From: Gammaproteobacteria bacterium
Lineage (GTDB): Bacteria; Pseudomonadota; Gammaproteobacteria; GCA-001735895
Assembly: GCA_050298595.1 (NCBI GenBank)
Contig: JBNKUM010000085.1
Location: 192,001 to 256,000 of the forward strand
Direction: 5' to 3'
Length of the DNA: 64,000 bases
Position numbers and translations under genes: made by a program. The notes under the pieces were generated by a model that was not told where the DNA came from, made no database searches, and saw only the letters and a program-made list of their open reading frames with translations. Shown here in pieces: positions 16,968-27,831 of this stretch; within the stretch, counting starts at the first letter, position 1, and each line of letters begins with the position of its first letter.

Positions 16968-17471
16968 GTGACTGATATACCTGTCGAACCACTTATCGAA
17001 CAACTCAGCGAAACACTGGCTCCTTTATTTTCTGTTACGGACCAACCAATCATCATTGGTATCGAAACTGGTGGTTACTGGATAGCCCGAGAGATCCACA
17101 ACAAACTCAACCCAGATACCGAGTTAGGTAAGCTCAACATCACCTTCTATCGTGATGATTTCACCAAAATCGGCCTGCACCCCACCGTAAAACCATCACG
17201 CCTGCCCACCGATATTGATGGCAAAACCATCATACTGGTAGACGATGTTTTACACTCTGGCAGAACCATTCGCGCAGCAATGAATGAAATATTTGATTAT
17301 GGTCGACCCGATAAGATTTTACTGGCGATACTCATTGACCGAGGGGATCGCGAATTACCCATCCAGGCAGACTTTGTAGCAAAAACCATCAGCTTGAATA
17401 AAAATGAACATATTAAGCTTGAAGGATCTGAATCCCTAACACTCACAATCCAGCAACTAACGACTGAATGA
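16968..17471 (+). CDS. pyrR: Pyrimidine regulatory protein / uracil phosphoribosyltransferase PyrR
   Basis: [36 protein letters not shown]. Confidence 0.93.
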   Translation: MTDIPVEPLIEQLSETLAPLFSVTDQPIIIGIETGGYWIAREIHNKLNPDTELGKLNITFYRDDFTKIGLHPTVKPSRLPTDIDGKTIILVDDVLHSGRTIRAAMNEIFDYGRPDKILLAILIDRGDRELPIQADFVAKTISLNKNEHIKLEGSESLTLTIQQLTTE

Positions 17472-18436
17472 GCTATCAAAACCTGCAACTGACCCAAGAT
17501 GGCAAGCTCAGACACTTTCTGAGCATAGAAGGCCTTAATAAATCCATTCTCAACGATATACTGGATACCGCCGAATCTTTCACCTCTATTACAGATCGAA
17601 CCATCAAGAAGGTACCCATCCTGCGCGGCAAAACAGTTGCTAATCTGTTCTTTGAAGCTAGTACTCGCACCCGCTCCACATTTGAACTGGCCGCACAGAG
17701 ATTATCAGCCGATATCCTCAACCTGAATATAAACACCTCGGCCACAGTAAAAGGAGAATCGCTACTGGATACCATTCAGAATCTGGAAGCCATGCAAATA
17801 GACATGTTTGTTATCCGTCACCAGGACAGCGGTAGCGCACATTTTTTTGCTCAACACGTTAGGCCAGGGGTAAGCGTTTTAAATGCAGGCGATGGACAAC
17901 ATGCCCACCCCACCCAGGCAATGCTCGACATGTTCACTATTCGTCGACATAAGCAACAGTTCGAAAACCTGACGGTCGCCATAGTGGGTGACATCAAACA
18001 TTCTCGTGTTGCACGCTCACAGATCCATGCACTCAATATTCTCAACACCGGCCAGGTCAGAGTCATCGGACCACAAACTCTGCTACCCGACCACTGCGAG
18101 ACGCTGGGCGTACAGGTTTACCATGATTTTGATCAGGGACTGAAGGATGCAGATGTCGTGATCATGCTACGGTTACAGAAAGAGCGTATGACCGGCGCTT
18201 TACTACCCAGTGAAAAAGAATATTTCCAGCAATATGGATTAACTGCAGAACGATTAAAGCTGGCCAGGCCCGATGCCATAGTGATGCACCCTGGGCCTGC
18301 CAACCGAGGAATTGAAATCGAGTCCAGTGTCATGGATGGCAAGCAATCAGTGATTCTGCAACAGGTCACCTTTGGTATAGCCGTTCGTATGGCAGTGATG
18401 TCAATGATAGCTTCAAGTGCGGAAACCGAGCTATGA
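17468..18436 (+). CDS. pyrB: Aspartate carbamoyltransferase catalytic subunit
   Basis: [22 protein letters not shown]. Confidence 0.97.
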   Translation: MSYQNLQLTQDGKLRHFLSIEGLNKSILNDILDTAESFTSITDRTIKKVPILRGKTVANLFFEASTRTRSTFELAAQRLSADILNLNINTSATVKGESLLDTIQNLEAMQIDMFVIRHQDSGSAHFFAQHVRPGVSVLNAGDGQHAHPTQAMLDMFTIRRHKQQFENLTVAIVGDIKHSRVARSQIHALNILNTGQVRVIGPQTLLPDHCETLGVQVYHDFDQGLKDADVVIMLRLQKERMTGALLPSEKEYFQQYGLTAERLKLARPDAIVMHPGPANRGIEIESSVMDGKQSVILQQVTFGIAVRMAVMSMIASSAETEL

Positions 18437-19704
18437 AAATCCTTATTCAAAACGGTCGAGTCATTAACCCTGCCAGCGCGCTTGATAGCATTAGCGACAT
18501 CTACATTGACGGCCAGTTAATCGTAGCTATTGGACAGGCTCCCATTAATTTTATTGCCGATCAAACCATTGATGCCAGCGACAAGCTGATAATACCCGGA
18601 CTTATTGACATTCAATGCCGAGTACGCGAACCGGGCTATACCCTGAAGGCGACTATTGCCAGTGAAAGCAACGCAGCTGCGCATGGAGGCATCACCAGCC
18701 TGTGCATCCCACCCGACAGCAATCCAGCAATCGATAACTCTGCAGTCGTTGAACTGATACATCACAGCAACCAGAAAGCAGGAAATCGTTGTCATTTATA
18801 CACCATCGGAGCATTAACCAAAGGTCTGGAAGGTGAGCAATTAAGCAATATGGGAACGCTTAAATCTGCCGGATGTATTGCACTCAGTAATGCGCAAAAA
18901 CCTATTGCCAACAATTTAATTCAACGTCGAGCTATGGAATATGCGCACGGCCAGGAGATGCTGGTAGTAATTCAACCTTACGATCATGCTCTGTATGCCA
19001 ACGGCTGTGCACACGAAGGTGCATTATCCACTCGTATGGGGCTACCACCGATTCCTGAAGCAGCGGAAACTGCGGCGCTTGCCAAAGATATTGAACTGGT
19101 AGTACAAACCGGTGCCAGAACCCATTTTGGTCAGCTATCCTGTGCGCGCTCGGTAGAAATGATCCGACAGGCCAAGAAAGATGGATTACCCATCACAGCA
19201 GATGTCAGCATGCATCAGTTATTTCTGACAGACCGTGATATTGATGGATTTGATACCGCCAAACTTACCATCCCACCCTTGCGCGATGATCAGGACAGAC
19301 TGGCATTACGCGAAGGTCTTTCTGATGGGACAATCGATATCATCTGTTCCGATCATCAGCCGCATGACCGAGATGCCAAGCTCATGCCATTTCCTTCAGC
19401 CGAAGCAGGCTGTAGTACATTAGATACGTTTCTACCGCTCGCATTCAGGCTGGTCGAAGAAGGACTATTCGATCTGGCAACCCTGTTAAACAAGATCACA
19501 ACAACCCCTGCCAGAATATTCAAGTTACCCGCTGGCAATCTGGCCCAGGGGGAACTCGCTGATGTTGTCATTATCGATGATAAATGTCACTACCAATGTG
19601 CCGCTAAAAATTTCTATTCGGCCGGTAAAAACACACCATTTGAAGGATGGGATTTTAATGCCAGAGTGATTAAAACGTTGGTAGCAGGAAAACTGATTCA
19701 ATAA
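18433..19704 (+). CDS. pyrC: Dihydroorotase-like protein (probably catalytically inactive PyrC'/PyrX type)
   Basis: Amidohydrolase fold with REPG, SDHQPH and GKNTPF; the HxH metal motif reads QCR ([13 protein letters not shown]). Confidence 0.85.
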   Translation: MKILIQNGRVINPASALDSISDIYIDGQLIVAIGQAPINFIADQTIDASDKLIIPGLIDIQCRVREPGYTLKATIASESNAAAHGGITSLCIPPDSNPAIDNSAVVELIHHSNQKAGNRCHLYTIGALTKGLEGEQLSNMGTLKSAGCIALSNAQKPIANNLIQRRAMEYAHGQEMLVVIQPYDHALYANGCAHEGALSTRMGLPPIPEAAETAALAKDIELVVQTGARTHFGQLSCARSVEMIRQAKKDGLPITADVSMHQLFLTDRDIDGFDTAKLTIPPLRDDQDRLALREGLSDGTIDIICSDHQPHDRDAKLMPFPSAEAGCSTLDTFLPLAFRLVEEGLFDLATLLNKITTTPARIFKLPAGNLAQGELADVVIIDDKCHYQCAAKNFYSAGKNTPFEGWDFNARVIKTLVAGKLIQ

Positions 19705-19709
19705 TAAAA

Positions 19710-20597
19710 CTATTGTGTTTTCTCAGTAAGCGAGAGAAAAACGCCAGCACCAATCGCTGCGGCCCCTATTACATGAAACCAGTATAACTGCTCACCCAGA
19801 AAAGCCACCGCCATCAGGGTTCCGAGCACAGGCATTAAATGAATAAACTGCCCAGCTGTTGCAGCACCCACCATCTTTACCCCCTGGTTCCATAATAAAA
19901 AAGCACCAATAGACGGAAACAACGCGACATAAGCAATGGTAAGCAGATTAGGTGAATTTATTTCCAGATAGACGCCCTGAGACAGCACGTAAAGATAAAA
20001 CGGAATCAATATCACCACACCCACCAACATGGTAAATAATAAAAAACCTGAAGAAGACAACCCCGCAGGTCGCCAGCGTAAACTAATTGAATAAAGCGCC
20101 CAGAACAGGGCCGCCAGTAAAATCCACAAATCACCAAAGTTAATTTGCAGAGCGAAAAGATTTTGCATATCGCCTTTTACCACCAGTAACAAAACACCCA
20201 GGCTGGAAATCAGCACTGCAATAATCTTGCGTAAACTCATGGTTACACCCAGCATAATACGGGTGAGGATAATGATAAAAATAGGGATAAAGCTATTGAT
20301 GAGCAAAGCGTTGGTAGCGCTAGTATGACGCAGACCTAAGTAAACAAAGGTATTGAAAGCAGCAACTCCCAGTGCTCCCATTAATATCATCAGAGGTAAA
20401 TTGTTTCTGACAATTCGCCAGTCCCTGATCAGAGCCATTATAGAAAACGGCAGAAATACCAGCAGCGCGATCATCCAGCGCCAGAACGAAAGCGTAATTG
20501 GCTCTATATCCAGAGACATTGCACGGGCTAGCACAAAATTGCCCGACCAGAACAACACTGGGCCGCACAGCATCAGATAAGCCCAGTTTTTATTCAA
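19710..20597 (-). CDS. EamA/DMT family transporter
   Basis: About 10 hydrophobic segments; FWSGNFV, GDLWIL, LGEQL. Confidence 0.9.
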   Translation of the reverse strand: MNKNWAYLMLCGPVLFWSGNFVLARAMSLDIEPITLSFWRWMIALLVFLPFSIMALIRDWRIVRNNLPLMILMGALGVAAFNTFVYLGLRHTSATNALLINSFIPIFIIILTRIMLGVTMSLRKIIAVLISSLGVLLLVVKGDMQNLFALQINFGDLWILLAALFWALYSISLRWRPAGLSSSGFLLFTMLVGVVILIPFYLYVLSQGVYLEINSPNLLTIAYVALFPSIGAFLLWNQGVKMVGAATAGQFIHLMPVLGTLMAVAFLGEQLYWFHVIGAAAIGAGVFLSLTEKTQ

Positions 20598-20632
20598 AAC
20601 ACAACTTCACTATAGTTAGAGAAGAACTCGAT

Positions 20633-21787
20633 TTATTCTTCTGATGGTAATTGCAACTCATCAGGAAATGGCTGCTCATTAAGATTATGACGGGTGTCCC
20701 GAGTCTGCTCACCACCAAAATTGATTTTCCATTCCAGATTACTGCTCGAGTCAGCATAAGCCAGGGCAGTTTTGATAGAGATCACATCGGCTTTATAGAG
20801 ATCGTATAATGACTGGTCAAAGGTCTGCATAGCTGCCGCATCGCCTTTTTCCATAATCTCTTTAATTTCGTTAAAGTTACCTTCGCGTAATAGCTCAGAG
20901 ATATAGGGGGAGTTCATCATTATCTCTACCGCACAGGCCAGTTTGCCATCCATAGATGGAACCAGGCGTTGTGAGATAACCGCTCTCAGATTGAGCGATA
21001 AATCCATCAACAGCTGCCCTCGCATATCGGTTGGAAACATATTCATAATCCGGTCCATCGCCTGATTCGAGTTAACCGCATGCAAAGTGGTCAGACATAG
21101 ATGTCCGGTATCCGCATAGTTAATCGCCGCCTGCATAGTTTCACGATCACGCGCCTCACCAATCATGATCACATCGGGTGCTTCACGCAAAGCTTCGCGT
21201 AATGCATTCTCGTAAGACAGGGTATCTATACCCACCTCACGTTGTGAAACCACTGACTTATCATGCTTAAATACGAATTCAATCGGGTCTTCAATGGTCA
21301 GAATATGCCCACTCTCGATCTGGTTTCGATAATTAATCATTGAAGCCAGCGTGGTAGATTTACCCGAACCGGTAGAACCTACTACCAGTACCAGTCCGGT
21401 TTTATCCATCACGATTTTTTTTAAAATCTGCGGTAGTAACAACTCATCGATACTGGGGATATCCCACTTGATATAGCGAATCACCATGGAAACTTCAGAA
21501 CGCTGGATGTAGATATTTACCCGGAAACGGCCTACTCCTAACAAAGTAAAGCCCAGATTCAATTCACGGTTGATTTCAAAATCCTGAACCTGGTCATCGT
21601 TTAGCAGGCTATATGCCAGCTTTTGCACATGACCCGGCTTCAATGGATTTTTGGCCATGGGCGCAGTCTTGCCCTGTATCTTGATATGAGGAGAAGCACC
21701 AGAAATGAAGTAAATATCTGAGGCCTGTTTCTCCGCCATAATCTTCAGGTAGGGCTCCAGTAACTGGGTAGTTGGCTCACGTTCCAT
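20633..21787 (-). CDS. pilU: PilT/PilU family type IV pilus ATPase (second PilU paralogue)
   Basis: GSTGSGKSTT, TIEDPIEF, ALREAPDVIMIGE, GHLCLTTLH, LLMDLSLNL. Confidence 0.88.
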   Translation of the reverse strand: MEREPTTQLLEPYLKIMAEKQASDIYFISGASPHIKIQGKTAPMAKNPLKPGHVQKLAYSLLNDDQVQDFEINRELNLGFTLLGVGRFRVNIYIQRSEVSMVIRYIKWDIPSIDELLLPQILKKIVMDKTGLVLVVGSTGSGKSTTLASMINYRNQIESGHILTIEDPIEFVFKHDKSVVSQREVGIDTLSYENALREALREAPDVIMIGEARDRETMQAAINYADTGHLCLTTLHAVNSNQAMDRIMNMFPTDMRGQLLMDLSLNLRAVISQRLVPSMDGKLACAVEIMMNSPYISELLREGNFNEIKEIMEKGDAAAMQTFDQSLYDLYKADVISIKTALAYADSSSNLEWKINFGGEQTRDTRHNLNEQPFPDELQLPSEE

Positions 21788-21798
21788 ACAAATAACCT

Positions 21799-22971
21799 CT
21801 AAATCAGCCCACCATCATTATCTTCATCGGTTTCTTCCAGCTCAAAATCATCCCGATGATCATCCACCAAGCCGGTTTTACGCGCAGTGTCACTTTCCAG
21901 TTTAATACGTAAACGTAAATCATTCACTGAGTCGGCATTTCTTAACGCATCCTCGAAAGTAATCTTGCGCTGTTCGTACAGGTTGAATAAAGCCTGATCA
22001 AAGGTAATCATACCCTGCTCGTTTGACTTGGCCATCAAAGATTTCATTTCATGTACTTCACCTTTAAAAACCAGATCCGCCATTAATGGCGTATTCAACA
22101 TAATCTCAACCGCAGGAATTCGCCCTTTGCCATCAATCCTGGGTATCAGGCGCTGTGAAACCAGCCCTTTGAGGTTGAGCGACAGATCCATCAACAACTG
22201 CTGACGGCGCTCCTCCGGAAAAAAGTTGATGATGCGATCCAGCGCCTGATTGGTGCTGTTAGCGTGCAAAGTTGACAGGCAGAGATGACCGGTTTCTGCG
22301 AAGGCTATGGCATGATCCATGGCTTCACGGTCGCGAATCTCACCGATAAGAATGACATCTGGCGCCTGTCGCAGCGTATTCTTCAGAGCGACCTCATAAC
22401 TCTCGGTATCCACACCCACTTCGCGCTGTGTGACCAGGCAATTTTTATGTTCATGTACAAACTCCACCGGATCTTCGATCGTAATAATATGACCATAACT
22501 ATTACGATTACGATAATCCACCATAGAAGCAAGTGAGGTCGACTTACCCGAACCGGTACCACCCACAAAAATCACCAGACCACGCTTGGTCATAGCTATA
22601 TCCTGCAGCGTATCCGGCAGGTTCAACTCGCTGAAACTGGGAATATCTGAATTGATAATACGTAACACCAGGCCGGTACTACCTCGCTGCACAAACGCAT
22701 TAACCCTGAAACGGGCCACGCCGGGTAAGGCGATTGAAAAATTACATTCCTGGTTTTGTTCAAACTCAGATACCTGCTTATCATTCATGATAGAGCGCGC
22801 CAACATCTGAGTATGACTGGGCGCCATTATCTGCTTGGACACGGTCTGGATCTTGCCGTCAACCTTCATCGCAGGTGGAGAACCAGAAGTGATAAATAAA
22901 TCCGAGCCATCCTTGCTGACCATCATGCGTAATAAATCATGCATGAAACCAATCGCTTTATTTCGATCCAT
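21799..22971 (-). CDS. pilU: Type IV pilus retraction ATPase PilU
   Basis: GGTGSGKST, LRQAPDVILIGE, AFAETGHLCLSTLHAN, NADSVNDLRLRIKL. Confidence 0.95.
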   Translation of the reverse strand: MDRNKAIGFMHDLLRMMVSKDGSDLFITSGSPPAMKVDGKIQTVSKQIMAPSHTQMLARSIMNDKQVSEFEQNQECNFSIALPGVARFRVNAFVQRGSTGLVLRIINSDIPSFSELNLPDTLQDIAMTKRGLVIFVGGTGSGKSTSLASMVDYRNRNSYGHIITIEDPVEFVHEHKNCLVTQREVGVDTESYEVALKNTLRQAPDVILIGEIRDREAMDHAIAFAETGHLCLSTLHANSTNQALDRIINFFPEERRQQLLMDLSLNLKGLVSQRLIPRIDGKGRIPAVEIMLNTPLMADLVFKGEVHEMKSLMAKSNEQGMITFDQALFNLYEQRKITFEDALRNADSVNDLRLRIKLESDTARKTGLVDDHRDDFELEETDEDNDGGLI

Positions 22972-23003
22972 TGTGACTCCCGTCTATCTCTAGAAAATTC
23001 AGT

Positions 23004-24038
23004 CTATAGCGAGTCAGGACTAACCGACTTACGCATTGCCTCTTCCTTGGAAACCAGGCCCTGAGCCAGAATTTTCTTCAGGTTCTGGTCCAGAGTCTGC
23101 ATACCCACACTCTGCCCGGTTTGAATCGCCGAATACATCTGCGCCACCTTATCTTCGCGAATCAGGTTGCGAATTGCCGGGGTTCCAATCATGATTTCAT
23201 GTGCCGCGATACGCCCACCGCCTATCTTTTTTAACAGAGTCTGAGAGATGACCGCTTTCAGTGATTCTGACAACATAGAGCGGACCATAGATTTCTCAGC
23301 CGCAGGGAATACGTCAACAATACGGTCGATAGTTTTAGCTGCAGAGCTGGTGTGCAGGGTACCAAACACCAGATGTCCCGTTTCAGCCGCTGATAAGGCT
23401 AGTCGAATGGTTTCCAGGTCACGCATTTCACCCACCAGTATAGTATCTGGATCTTCACGTAAAGCTGAGCGCAAAGCTTCGTTAAAGCCTAACGTATCGC
23501 GATGTACTTCCCTCTGGTTAACCAGGCATTTTTTGCTTTGATGAACAAATTCGATAGGATCTTCAACGGTCAGAATATGCCCGTACTCAGAGTCATTTTT
23601 ATAATCGACCATGGCCGCCAGTGTGGTGGATTTACCCGAACCTGTCGGACCTGTGACCAGCACGATACCACGTGGGTATTCGGAGATTTCCTTGAAAATA
23701 GAGGGAGCGCCGAGGTCTTCCAGCGACAGTATCTTTGAAGGAATGGTACGGAAAACACCGCCGGCACCACGATTATGATTAAAGGCGTTTACGCGGAAAC
23801 GTGCCAGACCGGGGATTTCAAAAGAGAAGTCGGTTTCCAGAAACTCTTCAAAATCCTTACGCTGTTTATCACTCATGATGTCGTACAACATATCATGGAC
23901 CTGCTTATGATCCATCTCCGGCACATTAATACGGCGAATATCGCCGTCGACCCGGATCATAGGCGGTAATCCCGCAGACAGATGCAAATCAGATGCACCC
24001 TGTTTTACACCAAAGGCCAGTAATTGAGCTATATCCAT
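23004..24038 (-). CDS. pilT: Type IV pilus retraction ATPase PilT
   Basis: MDIAQLLAF, GPTGSGKSTT, ALREDPD, AIRNLIRE. Confidence 0.97.
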   Translation of the reverse strand: MDIAQLLAFGVKQGASDLHLSAGLPPMIRVDGDIRRINVPEMDHKQVHDMLYDIMSDKQRKDFEEFLETDFSFEIPGLARFRVNAFNHNRGAGGVFRTIPSKILSLEDLGAPSIFKEISEYPRGIVLVTGPTGSGKSTTLAAMVDYKNDSEYGHILTVEDPIEFVHQSKKCLVNQREVHRDTLGFNEALRSALREDPDTILVGEMRDLETIRLALSAAETGHLVFGTLHTSSAAKTIDRIVDVFPAAEKSMVRSMLSESLKAVISQTLLKKIGGGRIAAHEIMIGTPAIRNLIREDKVAQMYSAIQTGQSVGMQTLDQNLKKILAQGLVSKEEAMRKSVSPDSL

Positions 24039-24226
24039 GTTAAAACCACATTATGTTTGTTCGTTATAATAAGATTTAGTGTATATTCGTGAGTTTTTTG
24101 AGTTGTCTCAGTCAACGCTCCTAAACACTTCAGCCCTCGTATGCATAGAACACAAACGATACAATTAGTGTGATCAGAGCAAACCATTAAAGTAAACGCA
24201 TGACACCATGACTATAGCAAAAACCT

Positions 24227-24925
24227 ATGCATAACATCGAAAAAAATCTTTTACAGGTGAAATCTCTGATTGCCGATGCTGCAACTGCTGTTGGCCGCTC
24301 ATCAGATGACATTACTCTGTTAGCGGTAAGCAAAACCAAACCCGTGTCAGACATTCTTGCAGCCTACCAGGCTGGTCAAATTGATTTCGGAGAAAACTAC
24401 CTGCAGGAAGCCGAGCAAAAGATTCTGGCTTTGGCCGATAAAGGCATACGGTGGCACTATATCGGCCCAATTCAATCTAATAAAACGCGTAAAATCGCCG
24501 AACTATTCGACTGGGTACATAGCGTTGAACGCTTTAAGATTGCTAAAAGACTCAGTCAGCAGCGTCCCGAGAAACAAAAGCCGCTCAACATCCTGCTGCA
24601 GGTTAATATCGATAATGAAGCCAGCAAAGCGGGTATCAGTGCCGATCAGGTATTACCACTCGCAGAGCAGATTGCAGAGTTACCACAGCTTAAATTACGA
24701 GGATTGATGGCGATACCGTCGGTGCAGGATGACTATCAGCAACAATGTATTCCATTCGCCAGAATGCATACACTGCTGCAGGAATTACACAAACAACACC
24801 CTGAGTGCGATACTTTATCCATGGGCATGAGCGGTGATATGCAGGCGGCCATTGCACAGGGCTCAACGCTGGTTAGAATAGGCACAGCCATTTTTGGAAA
24901 ACGCAACACACAGGTCAATGTATGA
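24227..24925 (+). CDS. yggS: Pyridoxal phosphate homeostasis protein
   Basis: LLAVSKTKP, FGENYLQE, WHYIGPIQSNK, LSMGMSGD; divergent from pilT. Confidence 0.95.
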   Translation: MHNIEKNLLQVKSLIADAATAVGRSSDDITLLAVSKTKPVSDILAAYQAGQIDFGENYLQEAEQKILALADKGIRWHYIGPIQSNKTRKIAELFDWVHSVERFKIAKRLSQQRPEKQKPLNILLQVNIDNEASKAGISADQVLPLAEQIAELPQLKLRGLMAIPSVQDDYQQQCIPFARMHTLLQELHKQHPECDTLSMGMSGDMQAAIAQGSTLVRIGTAIFGKRNTQVNV

Positions 24926-25734
24926 CACAGGTAACTCTTTGTTTTATAGGTGCTGGCAATATGGCAGGTAGCATGATTGGTGGATTGGTCACCAAAGGCT
25001 ACCCTGCTGAAAAAATCATCGCCTGCGATATCAATCAGGAAAAACTGGAGCAACTACAATCGGATTTTAATATTAGTTATGAAACCGATATTAATCAGGC
25101 CGTTAGCCAGGCAGCCATAGTAATTCTTGCGGTTAAACCACAGGTCATGCAGTCGGTATGTGGCGAGATCACTCAAACCCAGCATAAACCCTTATTCATC
25201 AGTATTGCTGCCGGACTACGCGAAAAGGACATCAACCGCTGGTTAGGGGATGGCTTTGCCATGGTTCGATGCATGCCAAATACCCCAGCCCTGGTAGGAC
25301 AGGGCGCCACCGGTTTATATGCGAATCAATACGTGACTGAATTACAGAAGCAACAGGCTGAATCTATCATGCAAAGCACTGGCATCACGGTTTGGGTCAA
25401 TACAGAAAGCCAGCTGGATGCGGTAACAGCCATATCCGGTAGCGGCCCAGCGTATTTTTTCCTGTTCATAGAAGCACTCGAAAAAGCCGGCATTCAACTG
25501 GGGCTGGATGCAGAAACCTCAGCGAAATTAGCACGCCAAACCGCGCTGGGGGCCGCCACCATGGCGGTTGATCAAGATGTAGTCACTCTACGCAAACAGG
25601 TCACCTCACCGGGTGGCACTACCGAACAGGCCATTGCCAGTTTCATTTCCAGCGACATATATGGCATGGTTGCTCAGGCAACTGCAGCAGCGAATACCCG
25701 TTCAACCGAGCTAGCCGAACAACTGGCTCAATAG
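24922..25734 (+). CDS. proC: Pyrroline-5-carboxylate reductase
   Basis: FIGAGNMA, RCMPNTP, SGSGPAY, VTSPGGTT. Confidence 0.96.
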   Translation: MTQVTLCFIGAGNMAGSMIGGLVTKGYPAEKIIACDINQEKLEQLQSDFNISYETDINQAVSQAAIVILAVKPQVMQSVCGEITQTQHKPLFISIAAGLREKDINRWLGDGFAMVRCMPNTPALVGQGATGLYANQYVTELQKQQAESIMQSTGITVWVNTESQLDAVTAISGSGPAYFFLFIEALEKAGIQLGLDAETSAKLARQTALGAATMAVDQDVVTLRKQVTSPGGTTEQAIASFISSDIYGMVAQATAAANTRSTELAEQLAQ

Positions 25735-25795
25735 AGCACCTTGATAAGTAAGATAAAAGCAATACATAAGCAACATTAATTAAGAGAAAGAAGCA

Positions 25796-26404
25796 ATGGG
25801 ATCATCTTATCTGGCATCACCCCTGTTACTGATCATCAATACACTGTTTGATCTGTATGTCATGCTGGTATTGCTGCGATTTTTATTTCAGATGCTACGC
25901 GCCAACTTCTACAACCCCATTTCTCAATTTGTGGTGCGAGCGACTACACCACCACTTAAGCCATTACGCCGGGTAATCCCTGGCTTTGCCGGTCAGGACA
26001 TGGCTGCGATAGTACTATCTCTGCTACTGCTCATGGTCAAATATTTTCTGGTGCGCGCTCTGGGCGCTGCTGCTCTGGATATTGCGAATGTGCTAGCCCC
26101 TATCGCCAGCATTAGCATTGCAGGACTGGTTGTGGTCGCTATTGCTGAAATACTCGCTACTATTATCAATATCTTCCTGTTCGCGATTATTATTGAGGTG
26201 ATCCTCAGCTGGGTTAACCCAGGGGCTTACAATCCCGTGACCGCGCTCATTTCATCCATCAGCCGTCCAGTCATGCAACCGATCCGTCGATTTATCCCCC
26301 CCATGGGTGGACTTGACCTCTCTCCTTTATTTGCCACACTGGCACTTATGGTGATTAAGATGCTATTAATCCCACCTGTCATCTATATAGCTACCCAACT
26401 ATGA
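25796..26404 (+). CDS. yggT: YggT family membrane protein
   Basis: RANFYNPISQF and PIRRFIPPMGGLDLSP, duplicated YGGT domains. Confidence 0.92.
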   Translation: MGSSYLASPLLLIINTLFDLYVMLVLLRFLFQMLRANFYNPISQFVVRATTPPLKPLRRVIPGFAGQDMAAIVLSLLLLMVKYFLVRALGAAALDIANVLAPIASISIAGLVVVAIAEILATIINIFLFAIIIEVILSWVNPGAYNPVTALISSISRPVMQPIRRFIPPMGGLDLSPLFATLALMVIKMLLIPPVIYIATQL

Positions 26405-26700
26405 ACCCACAGCCCTGGTCGCTGGAAAATAAGCGCCTGACACTTTACTGCCATCTACAACCTGGAGCGAAACAGAATCAAATATGCGGTCTATATAATG
26501 AGCGCTTAAAAATCCAGATCAAGGCCCCTGCCGTTGATGGCAAAGCCAATAAGGCATTAATCGAATTTCTATCAAAATCATTCAACATAGCTAGATCAAA
26601 AATTCTGATACACAAGGGATTAAATCAGCGCGTTAAAACAGTTTTGATTGAAGGTATCGAGCAGCTACCCAGCGCTCTACTACAGCTCGACAATAAATAA
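26401..26700 (+). CDS. yggU: UPF0235/DUF167 protein
   Basis: LQPGAK, APAVDGKANKALI; follows yggT. Confidence 0.9.
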   Translation: MNPQPWSLENKRLTLYCHLQPGAKQNQICGLYNERLKIQIKAPAVDGKANKALIEFLSKSFNIARSKILIHKGLNQRVKTVLIEGIEQLPSALLQLDNK

Positions 26701-26795
26701 TCGAATCTTTTTCGATAGAATCAATCTATACTGTTTACAGTTGGGGTCATATAAAAACAAACCCTCAGCCGCTTTGTTACCAGAGGAGAATAACA

Positions 26796-27230
26796 ATGAA
26801 AATAACCATTAAATTAATCATTTCCACTCTACTTTTCTGCTTACCCGCCTTCGCTTTTGCAGAAAACTCACTAACCATCGGCAATTACATCGTCCATTAC
26901 AACGCCTTATCCACCGAATCTTTACCCCCGTCAGTAGCCAAAGCCTATGGCATTACTCGCAGTACAAACCGGGGCTTACTGAATATTTCGGTGCTGAAAA
27001 AAGGCAGTGGATTTGAAGGCGCTGAAGCAGATATCAAGGTTAGCGCAACTAACCTGAGCGGCCAGTTGCGCGCTATCGACCTGCGCAAAATTAAAGAGCA
27101 AAACGCGGTGTATTACATCAGTGTATTTTCAGTCGCCAACGAAGAAACACTGGATTTTTCTATTGATGTGACCACTCAGGATAATCAGACTGGCAACATC
27201 AAAATACGCCAGCAGTTCTTCACCAAATAA
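26796..27230 (+). CDS. DUF4426-like exported protein
   Basis: Signal peptide; VHYNAL, AYGITRS, LLNISV, AVYYI motifs; usual position after yggT/yggU. Confidence 0.8.
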   Translation: MKITIKLIISTLLFCLPAFAFAENSLTIGNYIVHYNALSTESLPPSVAKAYGITRSTNRGLLNISVLKKGSGFEGAEADIKVSATNLSGQLRAIDLRKIKEQNAVYYISVFSVANEETLDFSIDVTTQDNQTGNIKIRQQFFTK

Positions 27231-27250
27231 TGCGTGAAATCCTCAGCCTA

Positions 27251-27709
27251 TCAGGCAGAGGCAGCAGCTTCTGCCTGATGGCGAGCCTGGATAAAATTAG
27301 CGTGGTCAACATACAGTAAATCTGATATCTGGCGCATCAAATGTTCTTCATAGTGATGTTTCTCTCCATCGGCGTAGACCACCTTCCACATAAGCTCTAT
27401 CACCTTAACCTTACCCTGTTGATCGAGCTGCTCATTCATTAAACGTGTAATATGCTGTAACGAAACCAGTTGATCAGCCTCTTCATGCGCATTCTCTAAC
27501 AGCGTATCAACCTCCTGCTCGCCAAGAGATAAATGCTTTAATAACAGGCTTCTGATCGTTGCCAGTTCAGTTTCATCCTGCTCGAAGTCTGCCTTACTCA
27601 CCTCAATCAGCAACACAGCAGTGGCCAGATCAATGGCCATTGCTGGTTGTTGTTGTTGATTAAAACGATCAAACGCGGGTTTAAAAAAACGGTCAATTAA
27701 TGCTTTCAT
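27251..27709 (-). CDS. TerB family (tellurite-resistance-like) protein
   Basis: LATAVLLIEVSKAD, MWKVVYADG..HHYEEH; start moved to the ATG at 27709. Confidence 0.85.
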   Translation of the reverse strand: MKALIDRFFKPAFDRFNQQQQPAMAIDLATAVLLIEVSKADFEQDETELATIRSLLLKHLSLGEQEVDTLLENAHEEADQLVSLQHITRLMNEQLDQQGKVKVIELMWKVVYADGEKHHYEEHLMRQISDLLYVDHANFIQARHQAEAAASA

Positions 27710-27831
27710 ATCGTCATTTTTAAGGATTATTAAAATAAATTCAATAGGTATAATTGATCGATAACATTTTTTTAATTGCAAAACACAGTCTATCCTTACA
27801 CAATAATCGTTCAATCATAGTTTCAGCTGTC

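Noticed and set aside
27740-27790. Possible OxyR box (ATAG-N7-TGAT) between the terB-like gene and oxyR
   Set aside because: Only one partial half-site in AT-rich DNA; not distinguishable from chance.
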